Below are positions 38,701-48,559 of a stretch of 64,000 nt of DNA, in pieces. A program made the translations under genes and the position numbers. The DNA is taken from assembly GCA_043228905.1 (NCBI GenBank), contig JBHGNT010000013.1:5766001-5830000 (forward strand), in the 5' to 3' direction. This DNA comes from Azolla caroliniana. Taxonomy: Eukaryota; Plantae; Polypodiophyta. Position 1 is the stretch's first letter. The number at the start of each line of letters is the position of its first letter. A model generated the notes under the pieces. The model saw nothing but the letters and a program-made list of their open reading frames with translations. It was not told the origin of the DNA and searched no databases.

Positions 38701-40733
38701 ATTCTCACTTGGGACAAGAGTTCCCTCTTGTTCCTTTCGTGATTTGCCGGCACCGTTAGGAATTGGACGGATTTCCCACCGTTTTGGCTCCGAATTCGCG
38801 CAAAAGCCGCACCACTATCGAGCACCTTCGTCTCCATCCGCGATGCTGTGATAAAGGGTTGGCCGAGGATGACGGAATGTGAAACCTCATCTTGCACGAA
38901 GAAATTTTGGTCGATCTCGACATCCCCGATCTTTACCGTCACATCCGGACAAGCCGCAAATAGATCTTCCGTTGCTTTGGTGGCCGCCCGAATCTTCCAT
39001 CCATGGTTGGTGTTAATAGGCCACTTCCCCTTCCGGTAGAACTCCTTGGACATCAAGTTGATCTCCGATCCGTGATCAATCAATGCTAGCACGGGTTCTT
39101 TGATGTTGCCGATTCGGACCGGAGTCTCCGTAGTCGCGCGTGCCCAATGTGGCCTTGTATAGTGGGAGTTCGGAATTTCGTCCTCCACTTCGGTGTCGTT
39201 CATTAAAACGGTGTTCGCATTCACCCTTGGAGCATTTTCCTCCGTACTTTGTCTTTTTCGCTTCACGAGATCCACGAGAAGATCGTGGAACTCCTTCTTT
39301 GCTATTCCGAGTAGCTCCCGAAGCGAGAAATCTACCCGGCTATCCAAGATTCTTTCCTCGAACACTCTTTTCAAGTCGGTTTGTTGTTCTATGTCCGAGG
39401 CGAGCTTGAATGCCGGAGTCGCCTTTTCTTTTCCCTTACCTCCGGAGTTCCAGCTTTCCGGTATCTTCGATGGCCCGGCCGCATCCTCCGTGCGTCGTCG
39501 TTTCTCGTGCACATACACCTTATGCAATTGACACAGGGCGTATACGCTATTCTTGTCGACAGGGCACTCCCATCCCGTAGCTTCCCGAACGCCTTCCGCG
39601 GTGCTTCGGATCTCGTTGGAGTCGGTTTTCTCAGTGTTTTCTAGAACTTCCGGCCAAAAAGAAGTCTTTGCTCTTGATGATTCCCCGACACATATTCCCG
39701 CGGTTGTCGCATAGTTGCTTCTTGCCGCCAATTCCTCCTCGAGCACCTTCTTCATGCCGCCTTTCCGGAAGTTCGGTCGGAGTGGCTTCCGAGAGTCCAT
39801 CGAATGAATCCGGTTTCCCTCGTAGTAGATGAGATCCCGCCGTAGCGCCTCCTTATGCTCGTCGCAATCCCTCCGATCGTGTTCGGCGCTATCGCACCAT
39901 ATGCACCATCGGTCCGTATACTTGGAGCTTGTGGGGCGGTCATCCGACTTCTTCACCATCGCGATCTTCAGATTCTCCATCTCCTTCAATAGTTGCTCCA
40001 CCGTAGATGCATCAATCCCCTTCTCGGTTGTAGTCTCCCGAGCCCTTGGTTGATGGTCTTCCAATCCGGTTCTCGGTTTCGGAATCGGTTCCGAAACCCT
40101 CTTTTCCTCGTTGGCAAGCCATTGCCCCCTCTTCGTGTATCGCTTGACGATATCCCGCACGCTTTCCCATGTTTCGGTGAGGACGCTCTCCGTGGTCGTG
40201 TCCTCCAAGAGCACTCTGAGATGTTTCCGGTCCCGGACGTCCACGGTTCGCAAGAACATGATTACCTTGTCCGGTACGAGGATAGCTTGATCTCTCGCGG
40301 ACAACCTCCCGAACCGGCTTTCGAATGCCGAAAACACATCAACGACCTTCAATCCCTTGTCCGGCATCTCCACCCAATCTTCGAATCCCCTTCGCATCGC
40401 CTTGGAGGAATCCTCCATGGCGAACGTCCTCTTAAGCTCTTCTTCAAACGCCTCCCATGTCGGATTTTGTTGTCGTAGCCTATGGATGCTTGTTTGAAGC
40501 CCGTCGGTCGCCACCCGGTTGAAGGACGTCACTTGCAGTCCTTCCGATATTCCGCACCATAGCATCTCCGCCTTGTAGTCCCGAAGATACCGCGACACGT
40601 CTTTCCCGTTGAATTGCTCGTTTCGTTGCACGAGCCGCTCCACTGATGCCGCTATTTCCGACATCGCGCGTTGTTCTTCTAGCATGCGCTCGAACATCAT
40701 CATCATGTTGCTAGCCTCCGGTTGATTTTCCAT
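38691..40733 (-). CDS. Element C Gag-protease polyprotein (680 aa)
   Basis: Intact ORF with capsid motif FNGKDVSRYL, knuckle CIWCDSAEHDRRDC, protease ALIDHGSEIN and VILGQPF. Confidence 0.92.
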   Translation of the reverse strand: MENQPEASNMMMMFERMLEEQRAMSEIAASVERLVQRNEQFNGKDVSRYLRDYKAEMLWCGISEGLQVTSFNRVATDGLQTSIHRLRQQNPTWEAFEEELKRTFAMEDSSKAMRRGFEDWVEMPDKGLKVVDVFSAFESRFGRLSARDQAILVPDKVIMFLRTVDVRDRKHLRVLLEDTTTESVLTETWESVRDIVKRYTKRGQWLANEEKRVSEPIPKPRTGLEDHQPRARETTTEKGIDASTVEQLLKEMENLKIAMVKKSDDRPTSSKYTDRWCIWCDSAEHDRRDCDEHKEALRRDLIYYEGNRIHSMDSRKPLRPNFRKGGMKKVLEEELAARSNYATTAGICVGESSRAKTSFWPEVLENTEKTDSNEIRSTAEGVREATGWECPVDKNSVYALCQLHKVYVHEKRRRTEDAAGPSKIPESWNSGGKGKEKATPAFKLASDIEQQTDLKRVFEERILDSRVDFSLRELLGIAKKEFHDLLVDLVKRKRQSTEENAPRVNANTVLMNDTEVEDEIPNSHYTRPHWARATTETPVRIGNIKEPVLALIDHGSEINLMSKEFYRKGKWPINTNHGWKIRAATKATEDLFAACPDVTVKIGDVEIDQNFFVQDEVSHSVILGQPFITASRMETKVLDSGAAFARIRSQNGGKSVQFLTVPANHERNKRELLSQVRMDF

Positions 40734-40750
40734 CTCCTTGCCACCCGGTT

Positions 40751-40768
40751 TTCACGTCGGGTTCACCA
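40751..40768 (-). promoter_or_regulatory. Primer binding site, tRNA-Trp
   Basis: TGGTGAACCCGACGTGAA, 4 nt after the 5' LTR, complementary to the plant tRNA-Trp 3' end (from memory). Confidence 0.8.
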
Positions 40769-41478
40769 ACTGTGTCGTGCCCTTCGGCTCCGGATCGTTG
40801 CGTGAGTCGGGTGGGAACCGCCGAGGTTTTTGACTAGGAGGAAGAGGAATACAACTTAAGGCTAGTTATGAATAGTGGAAAGAGAAGTAAGATAGCAACC
40901 TCGTGAATCCCACGAGTTTAGTGTAATTAAAACAATATTTAGATTATTAGAGCAATTAGATGGCAAAATTCGTGAATCCCACGAATGTATTAGATTGATC
41001 AATTTTTCTATATTAATCCACAACCTTATACATATTTCTCTCCTCCTTATATAAAGATGGAAGAGGCTAAGCATGGCTTCATGCCTTTTTTCACCTAAAG
41101 TGTCCATGCACACTAAATGTGCATGTGATGCTTTGTCATTTCCTAAATATAGGGCTCATGCACGCTAGATGTGCATGAGTCACTTTTAATGGCACGTGTA
41201 AATAAAATATTCACACTCTAAAGAATACATGATTTTTACCTTTTAATAAAGGTATGTGTAAATAAAGGTCTTATACGTATTAAATCTATATTTATAACAC
41301 TAAAGATAAGTTATTACAATGGTAAAGTTGGGGTTTATCTACGTGGAGGTGCATGGTCCGAATCTTGCCCTATGCACGTGGTAAATTCTTTTGATATATT
41401 ATTTATTTATCTATATGTATCTAAAATCGGATATATTATTTTATGGTTTTCACGTAGTGTGTGGAATACACTACGACA

Positions 41479-43483
41479 ACGCCCACGTTGCCGAGCCGCT
41501 ATACGGGTTGCTGAAAAGGGGCGAAAATTTGAGTGGCGGGACGAGCATACGGAGTCGGTCCGAAAGATGAAGGAGGCTCTTGCTGCAACTCCGGCACTCC
41601 GGAAGGCTGTCTACGAGAAAGGCACTCCCATCTACATGACGGTAGATACAAGTCCGACCGGGATCGGATGGGTCGTCAACCAAGAAGATGAGGACGGCAT
41701 TCGGTTCCCAATCCGGTTCGGCGTGAAGGTCCTCAGCGAGCGATAGCGAGGATATGCCCAGGTTAAACGCGAACTCTGGGGTATCGTTTCAGCGGTGAAG
41801 GCCGATAAAGACTATCTGAATGAGATAGAGGTGATTATCGAGACGGATTGCCTGCCGATTCTCGGCATGGTTTCCGGATGCGCAACCCCGGACCTGGCAA
41901 TGCTCAGGTGGATAGCGTACATCAAGTCCCTGGATCCGGAAATACGACACATTTCCGAGAAAGACAATGCCATGGCCGACATACTTTCGAGGGCGCGATT
42001 CGATGACGAGGGCGGCATGGTTTCGGAGGACGAGGAAGTCGGCGTGGACTTCTTCGAGGCAGGTTACGTAACAACCGAGGGGGGGAGCACTCCGACGCTT
42101 AACGATTTCAACGAGAGCAAGTACGACGGGGAGTGGCTGCAGATTGGGGGATTCTTAAGGATGATGACGCCGGACGCGTCATGGACAAAGGACGAGGCCA
42201 ACCGGATCCGGAAGAAAGTGTATCGATTCTTTCTCCGGGACGGATATTTGTGGAAGCACCCGAAGAAGAGAAACGGCATCCCGCTCCGAGTAGTGGCGAT
42301 GAAGGAGGAACAGGAGGAGTTGCTGAAGGCCTACCACGACAGCCCCTGGGCTGGACACCGTGGGACGTGGGCCACGTTCGAGAAACTAAAAGGGAAGTAC
42401 TCGTGGCCGGGACTGTACCGGGACATGCATCGGTTCGTGACAACTTGTGAGAGCTGTCAGATACACTCCATAGTCCGACATCGGGACGAGCTTCACCCTA
42501 CATACCCTCCGACCATCCACTTCAAATGGATGGTAGATTTGGTGACGATGCCGATGGGTGTAGGGTAGATGCGATATCTAGTGCTGGCCCGGGAGGACCT
42601 GACGAACCAGGTGGAAGGCCAAGCCCTGCAGAACAAAACGACCGCGGCCGTGTGTCGGTTCCTGATCGAGGTCGTGATATGCCGGTACGGGTGCGTCGGG
42701 AAGATCGTGGCTGACCGCGGGGAGTTGGACGCCGAAGAGGCCGAGGCGCTGTTCGACCGGTTAGGGGTCAAGCTCTCGCTCACCACAACGTACAATCCGG
42801 AGGCGAACGGGAAGGTGGAGTGCGGACACGGACCGATCGTCAAAGCGCTAGTCCGGGCATGCAGAGGCTAGGTCAGGAACTGGCCACGACTGTTACCTTA
42901 TGCCTTGTGGGCAGACCGGACAACGCACAGTTCGGTAACTGGGTTCATACCGTCAGAGCTCATGTTCGGACAGAAGCCGATCATGCCGATGGAATGGACG
43001 ATCTCCTCTTGGGCGACAATGGACTGGAGAGATGAGATGAGCCGGGAAGAACTGCTCGCGGCGCGTATACGGCAGCTCGAGCGGAGACTAGGGGACGTGG
43101 AACAAGCGGCGGAGAGACTTCGGACGGCGAGGATAAGGAACAAAGCCCGGTTCGGCCGAACGCACCGGCTCCGACCAAAGAAAATCGAGGAAGGCGATTG
43201 GGTGCTAGTCTACGATAGCAGCCTCGACAACCAGCACCGAGCAACACGGAAGTTTGCAAAGCGGTGGTTCGGGCCTTACGTGGTAACGAGCGCCAACGAC
43301 AACGGGACGTATCACCTGGCGGAACTCGACGGTACGAGGATGGCGGTACCGGTAGCAGGGAAGCGGATCAAGGCGTTCAAGAAGCGCCACGACGGCGAAC
43401 CGGATGTAAGAGGCCTAGACATCGACGACAAACAGTCCGAAACGGAGGACGAACCGATGAACGAGGAACCAGAACCCAAATAG
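41479..43483 (+). pseudogene. Element B RT tail, RNase H and integrase remnants
   Basis: AHVAEPLYGLL, TVDTSPTGIG, NAMADILSR, HRGTWAT, WFGPY, with several stops. Confidence 0.92.
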
Positions 43484-44191
43484 GTTTTCTTCAACCAGAA
43501 CCCAATTTTTGCGCATACCGGTGGATGCGCGGTTAGGTGGGGGCGGATGTCGTGAAGAAAACTGTCCCTTAGCGCAATCGGTGTATAGCGCGCGCGAACC
43601 GGCTCTTCACGCGTGCGCGCCCTCTAATGTATATAATAAAGGATTAGGTACAAAGGTATATCCTAGGTAGTTAGATTCGGTAGGTAGGAAGTTAATGAGG
43701 GAAGCGGCTCCCTTCTTGAAGCTATAAAAGAGAGGGAGGCGTGGGGAGAAAGGGATCGGGCATTGAGGAGGACGAAGTGCTGTCGGACCGTAACCGAACG
43801 CTTCTCCTCTGTTCATTCTCCATCGCTCTTCTCTACAGGATTTCGGGAGGCTCGCGCTGCTTCGAGGAACGCTCGTGTGCTTCCGGCAGCACCTCCATCC
43901 TATCCCCTTTCGTGCGCAGACGAGCAGGCATCGGCATTCTGTTGTTTTGTGTCATTTGTTAATATACAAACATTCGTGTCTCTCTGTCTCTGTGTCCATT
44001 TGTGTTTTCTGCGTTGACGGGCCGTGTCCCTGTGTTTCTTTGCTCATACGTAACCGGTCGTCTCTCTCTTTCTCTTTCCCCTCCTATCACCTGCTCTTCG
44101 GTTCAAGACCCTGGTGGTCCCGCCTCGTTTCTCCACGCACGCGCATAGTAACGCGACAGCGTTCCTCGAGAATCTTCTTCAGGTCTGTTGT

Positions 44192-45601
44192 CTACTCTAT
44201 GTCCAACCTTAGCTTATAGGTAGGCATAGTCCTTGTCTTTCGAGTGGGGTCTCCAACACCAATCTTCACGGGCTGAACCGTTTCCTTGACTCGTTTGCTC
44301 GACTCCGCTTTTCGGCTAGCATCTCCTTCCTCTATTTGTAAAGGTTGACTTGTTTCTGCATCTTCTTTCTTTTTCGTGTTCCTTGTTTCATGTCTCTTTG
44401 ATGGGCCTTGCTCTTCTATTCTTTTTCTCTTTTTTTCGAAGAACACCTCGTGGTTGTCGCACATCACTTCTGCAAGTATGGTGTTGTCATCCACTGGATC
44501 CAACCACCCGATTATGCTTTGCATGCTTCGGTCCGCAAGCTCTACCTCGTTCAATGTGACCTTTCCCTTCTTCTCATACTCAAGAACGAAAGACCAAAAC
44601 TTTGCTCCCACTTTCGCAGCTTCATTTTTGTCTTTCCCGACTCTTATTCCGGCCAACGCAACATAGTGCATCGCATCCACATGAGTCGCCTCGGCATCCT
44701 CCATAGCTTTCTTCATTCCCCCTCTTCCAAAATTCACTCGTAGGGGTCTCCTAGTCTCACTCGAGCAAATCATGTTGCCATCCATGTACACGATATTTTG
44801 TCGAATGGCATCTCGAAGGCTCGAACAATCTATTCTCATGTGGTCCATGCTATCGCACCACACGCATCTAAAGGGTTCTTTTCCTTTGGGACCTAAATGA
44901 TTCATCTTGGCTAGCATGACTATCTCAAACTTCTTTGCTAGTTCTTTAATGATGTCATTGTCAATCTTCTTTTCTTCTAGGTTACTTTGTTTGGGCGGCT
45001 CAACTACTTTTGGTTGTCTCGTTTTCTCCGTGACAGTTGATCCTGCCAAGTCGGTGTCATCAACCCATTGACGACGGTTGTCAGGCCTATTGCACGCTCG
45101 TTGCACCGCGATCTAGTCCGCTACAAGTCCATTTTCTTGGTTATCGTCTTCGAGAAGAGTCCCCAATTCTCGTCTATCCTTCATGTCCACAGCTTTCAAG
45201 AAGTATAAAGTCTTGTCCTCCTCAAGCAACACTTGGTCCGTATTTGGGAGACGACTAAACATCTGGTCGAATTCGTCGTACACCCTCGAGGCGCTCATCT
45301 TCTTATTGTTCTTCTCTATCCACTTCATGAGGGTATGTCGAGTCATCGTCGTCAAGTCTTCCGTCGCGAACTCCACTAATATCGCTTTCTCGAACTCAGA
45401 CCATGTTTTCTTACCTTCTTGAAGCTCGATGACACGTCTTTGGATGATGTTGGCGACCACTGTCTTGAAACTTGTGATTTTCCGCGCTTCAGACACATCC
45501 CTTTGATTTATCTCCCTTTTGTATGTGTCAAGGAACTTCGTAACGTTCCTTCCATCAAAGTGGCCCTTGAGCTCTACGACATGGTGGACAACCTTCTCCA
45601 C
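44192..45601 (-). pseudogene. Element A gag
   Basis: FDGRNVTKFL and CVWCDSMDHMRIDC. Homologous to element C Gag. Confidence 0.88.
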
Positions 45602-46382
45602 GCTCGCATCGTTGTCTCAAGATCTCATCATTTGTTCAATGATTATCATCATCCTTTCGAACTCTCCTGCTTGATTGCTTGAGGACGCCATCTCCAAGTA
45701 TCGATCGATCCTCGACTTGATCCTTCCTACCGCCTCTTCCACGTCGGGTTCTTCACTTAATTATGTTGTGAAGATCCGTCACTATGTGTGGATCGTGAGG
45801 CAGAATCACCGGGGTCCTGCATCGGAAGGATTAGAAGGTGTCATAACTAGACTCGAACCCATAACCTTTTGTTACACGGGTCGAGACTTTACCATTAGGT
45901 TATGAGTTGTAATTTGAAGGATATTATTTTCATTTAGGTTGTATTAGGAAATTGATGTATATTCCAGATTTCTCTGGAACATTCTAGAAACTTCAGGAGT
46001 ATTCCTGAAGACACTATAAAAGGAGGCGCAAGGCATTAGTTCGAACCAAATCGGTTCAACGCCAGTCTTAAGCCTTCTAACTACTGTTGTATATCTTCCG
46101 TCATATAATACATATATCTTTCGCATCATCATTCTCTCTCTCTCTCTCTCTCTCTCTCACTCACTCATTCCTTCTCTCAAAGTTCGACACCTCTCATAGT
46201 ACTAATCCTTCTCTGTCTTAGTACTATTCCCCAACAATAGTACTAATCCTTCTTTTAGTACTAATTCCTTCTCTGCCTTAATAGAGTTCCTGACAGTTTG
46301 AACCGATTTTCCTACTAGTCTCCCTCTTCCTTCTGTCTCTCTCCTTTCCTACTAGTCTCTTATTTCCCTTTTCCTTCATCCC

Positions 46383-47552
46383 ATGGCCACCGTTAGCGCT
46401 GAAGAGTATCAATCCGTTTTCTCGGAATTTCAATGCTTGAAAGAGAAGTTTCATGCTTTGGAACAAGAAAATCAACGCTTGTTGGGGGATCTTCAGCAAA
46501 TTTCCTTAGAAAAGCAGCAAACGCAACAACAGCATGGGGAACTTGCGTTACGCGTGCAACAACTCGAAGCAACCATCGTAGCAATGCAACAACAAGGGCA
46601 CGGAGCACAAGGGATTCATAAAGAACCCAAGATTGGCCTTCCCACGAAGTTCGATGGAACGCGATCGCAGTTTAGAGGGTTTCTTAACCAGGTACGGTTA
46701 GTTATTCAAATGCATCCGTCCCGATATCCCACCGATGCATCACGAGTGGGTTTAGTAGGCACGTTGTTAAATGGCTCAGCATTAGCATGGTTCGCTCCGC
46801 TACTAGAAAAGGAATCTCCAGTACTAAATAATTTTGAAGAATTCATAAGTGAGTTTAAAGCATGTTTTGGAGATACTGACAGCATAAGGACTGCAATCAA
46901 CAAAATCCGGCGATTACGCCAAGGTGACCGTCCAGCCTCCGCATATGCTGCAGATTTCCGCCTACTCGCCGCCGATATCCCCTGGGATGATCAAGCATTG
47001 ATGGAGCAGTTCCGCTATGGTCTACGCAACGATGTCAAGGATTTACTCTTGACTTTCCCTGAAGAGCCAAAATCATTAACAGAAGCAATCAGTCGAGCGG
47101 TCAGATGTGACAACCGCCTCTTCGAGCGACGTTCGGAACGACAATTTCAGATGCCGAGGGCAAGATCCGAGCCTACCTATGCCTCAGTGGTAGCGAAACC
47201 TTTTCAAAGGGAGTCACATAATGCGCCTCCAGTAAGTACTCCAACTCCAATGGAAATTGACACTACACGTCGTCGTGGGCCGCTATCGGAGGAGGAAAAG
47301 CAACGACGCCGAACAAACCGATTATGCCTTTATTGCGGTGGACCAGGGCATATCGCGATAAACTGTCCCCATAGACCAAGAAGGCAGGTAAACCAAGTCA
47401 TTGTTAGTTCTGACTATACTAAACCCGAGTCTATGTCAGTAGGAATCTCTGATAATCCTCATAGTCATAATAGTCCTAATAGTACTAATAGTCCGAATCT
47501 CGCAAACAAATTTGATGTCCTTAGCCAATTAGAAGAAGAGTTAAACGACTAA
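46383..47552 (+). CDS. Element D Gag (389 aa)
   Basis: N-terminal coiled coil, PTKFDG, LRQG, FRYGL, PMEID and CLYCGGPGHIAINC. Confidence 0.93.
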   Translation: MATVSAEEYQSVFSEFQCLKEKFHALEQENQRLLGDLQQISLEKQQTQQQHGELALRVQQLEATIVAMQQQGHGAQGIHKEPKIGLPTKFDGTRSQFRGFLNQVRLVIQMHPSRYPTDASRVGLVGTLLNGSALAWFAPLLEKESPVLNNFEEFISEFKACFGDTDSIRTAINKIRRLRQGDRPASAYAADFRLLAADIPWDDQALMEQFRYGLRNDVKDLLLTFPEEPKSLTEAISRAVRCDNRLFERRSERQFQMPRARSEPTYASVVAKPFQRESHNAPPVSTPTPMEIDTTRRRGPLSEEEKQRRRTNRLCLYCGGPGHIAINCPHRPRRQVNQVIVSSDYTKPESMSVGISDNPHSHNSPNSTNSPNLANKFDVLSQLEEELND

Positions 47553-48559
47553 GTCCAGCCAAAATAGGAGCCGTTTGGTTGGACAGCCCTAGATCTGTGC
47601 AGCCCATTAGTGGTTCCATTCCCTCTAAGCAAGTTAGTGATGTGTTCGTAGTCCAAGTAGCAGTTAGTACTAAAAGTACCCCTCCAGTACATACCTTAGC
47701 CCTTCTAGATTCCGGAGCTAATTCTTGCTTCATGGATAGGAATTTTGCCCGAGCTCATCAGATATCTCTCAGAAAGCTCCCATGTCCAGCCTCAGTAGTA
47801 GTCATTGATGGTCGTCCCATTGCTTCTGGTAATATCATAGAAGAGTCGGAACCCGTTAATATTGTCCTAGATAACTTAACATGTGTAGTATCATTTAATA
47901 TTATTAGTATTCCAGAACATCCCATAGTTTTAGGATTACCATGGTTCGAGTTACATGACCCAGACATAGATTGGAGGACAAGGGAAATCCGGTTGCGACA
48001 AACCCAAGGATCTACCCAGAAGGTTGCAACCATTTCGCTACGTCAGTTGCGTGAGGAAGGGCGCAAGGAGGAAATGTTTCTCTTTGCAATATCAGTACAA
48101 CCCTCCAGCACCACCAAAGAGGAGTCCACCGTTCAACTTCCCGAGAAGTATCGTCAGTATGCTGATGTGTTCGATAAAGTACAAGCCAACACACTTCCTC
48201 ATCATCGGCCGTACGACTGCGCCATCGACTTACAACCGGGAAAAGAGCCGCCATGGGGGCCGATCTACAATTTGTCACCAACCGAGCTAGAAGTCCTTCG
48301 AGCCTATATAGAGGAGAATTTGGAGAACGGTTTCATTCGGCATTCGAAATCTCCAGCCGGCGCACCCATTTTCTTCGTCAAGAAAAAAGATGGCTCGCTT
48401 CGACTCGTTGTAGATTACCGTGGCTTGAATAAGGTCACAGTAAGAAATAGGTATGCTCTTCCCCTTATCTCAAGTCTTTTAGAACGGATCAACGGTGCCA
48501 GGTTCTTCGTGAAGCCTATAACCTCGTACGGATCCGACCAGGAGATGAATGGAAGACCG
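47540..48559 (+). pseudogene. Element D pol: protease and truncated RT, in the -1 frame
   Basis: ALLDSGA, LPHHRPYDCAIDL, SPAGAPIFFVKKKDGSLRLVVDYRGLN, then joined directly to the 3' LTR. Confidence 0.92.

Larger units (their letters stand above)
34329..41478 (-). mobile_element. Gypsy C (Phygy-type), near intact, nested in B
   Basis: LTRs 34329-35101 and 40773-41478. PPT 35102-35119. Flanks ACGC on both sides. Confidence 0.93.
33684..44158 (+). mobile_element. Gypsy B (Phygy-type) nested in A gag; PBS, gag, protease and most of RT deleted
   Basis: LTRs 33684-34328 and 43548-44158. Perfect 4-bp TSD GCGT. Removing it restores ILEERVLD of A. Confidence 0.92.
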
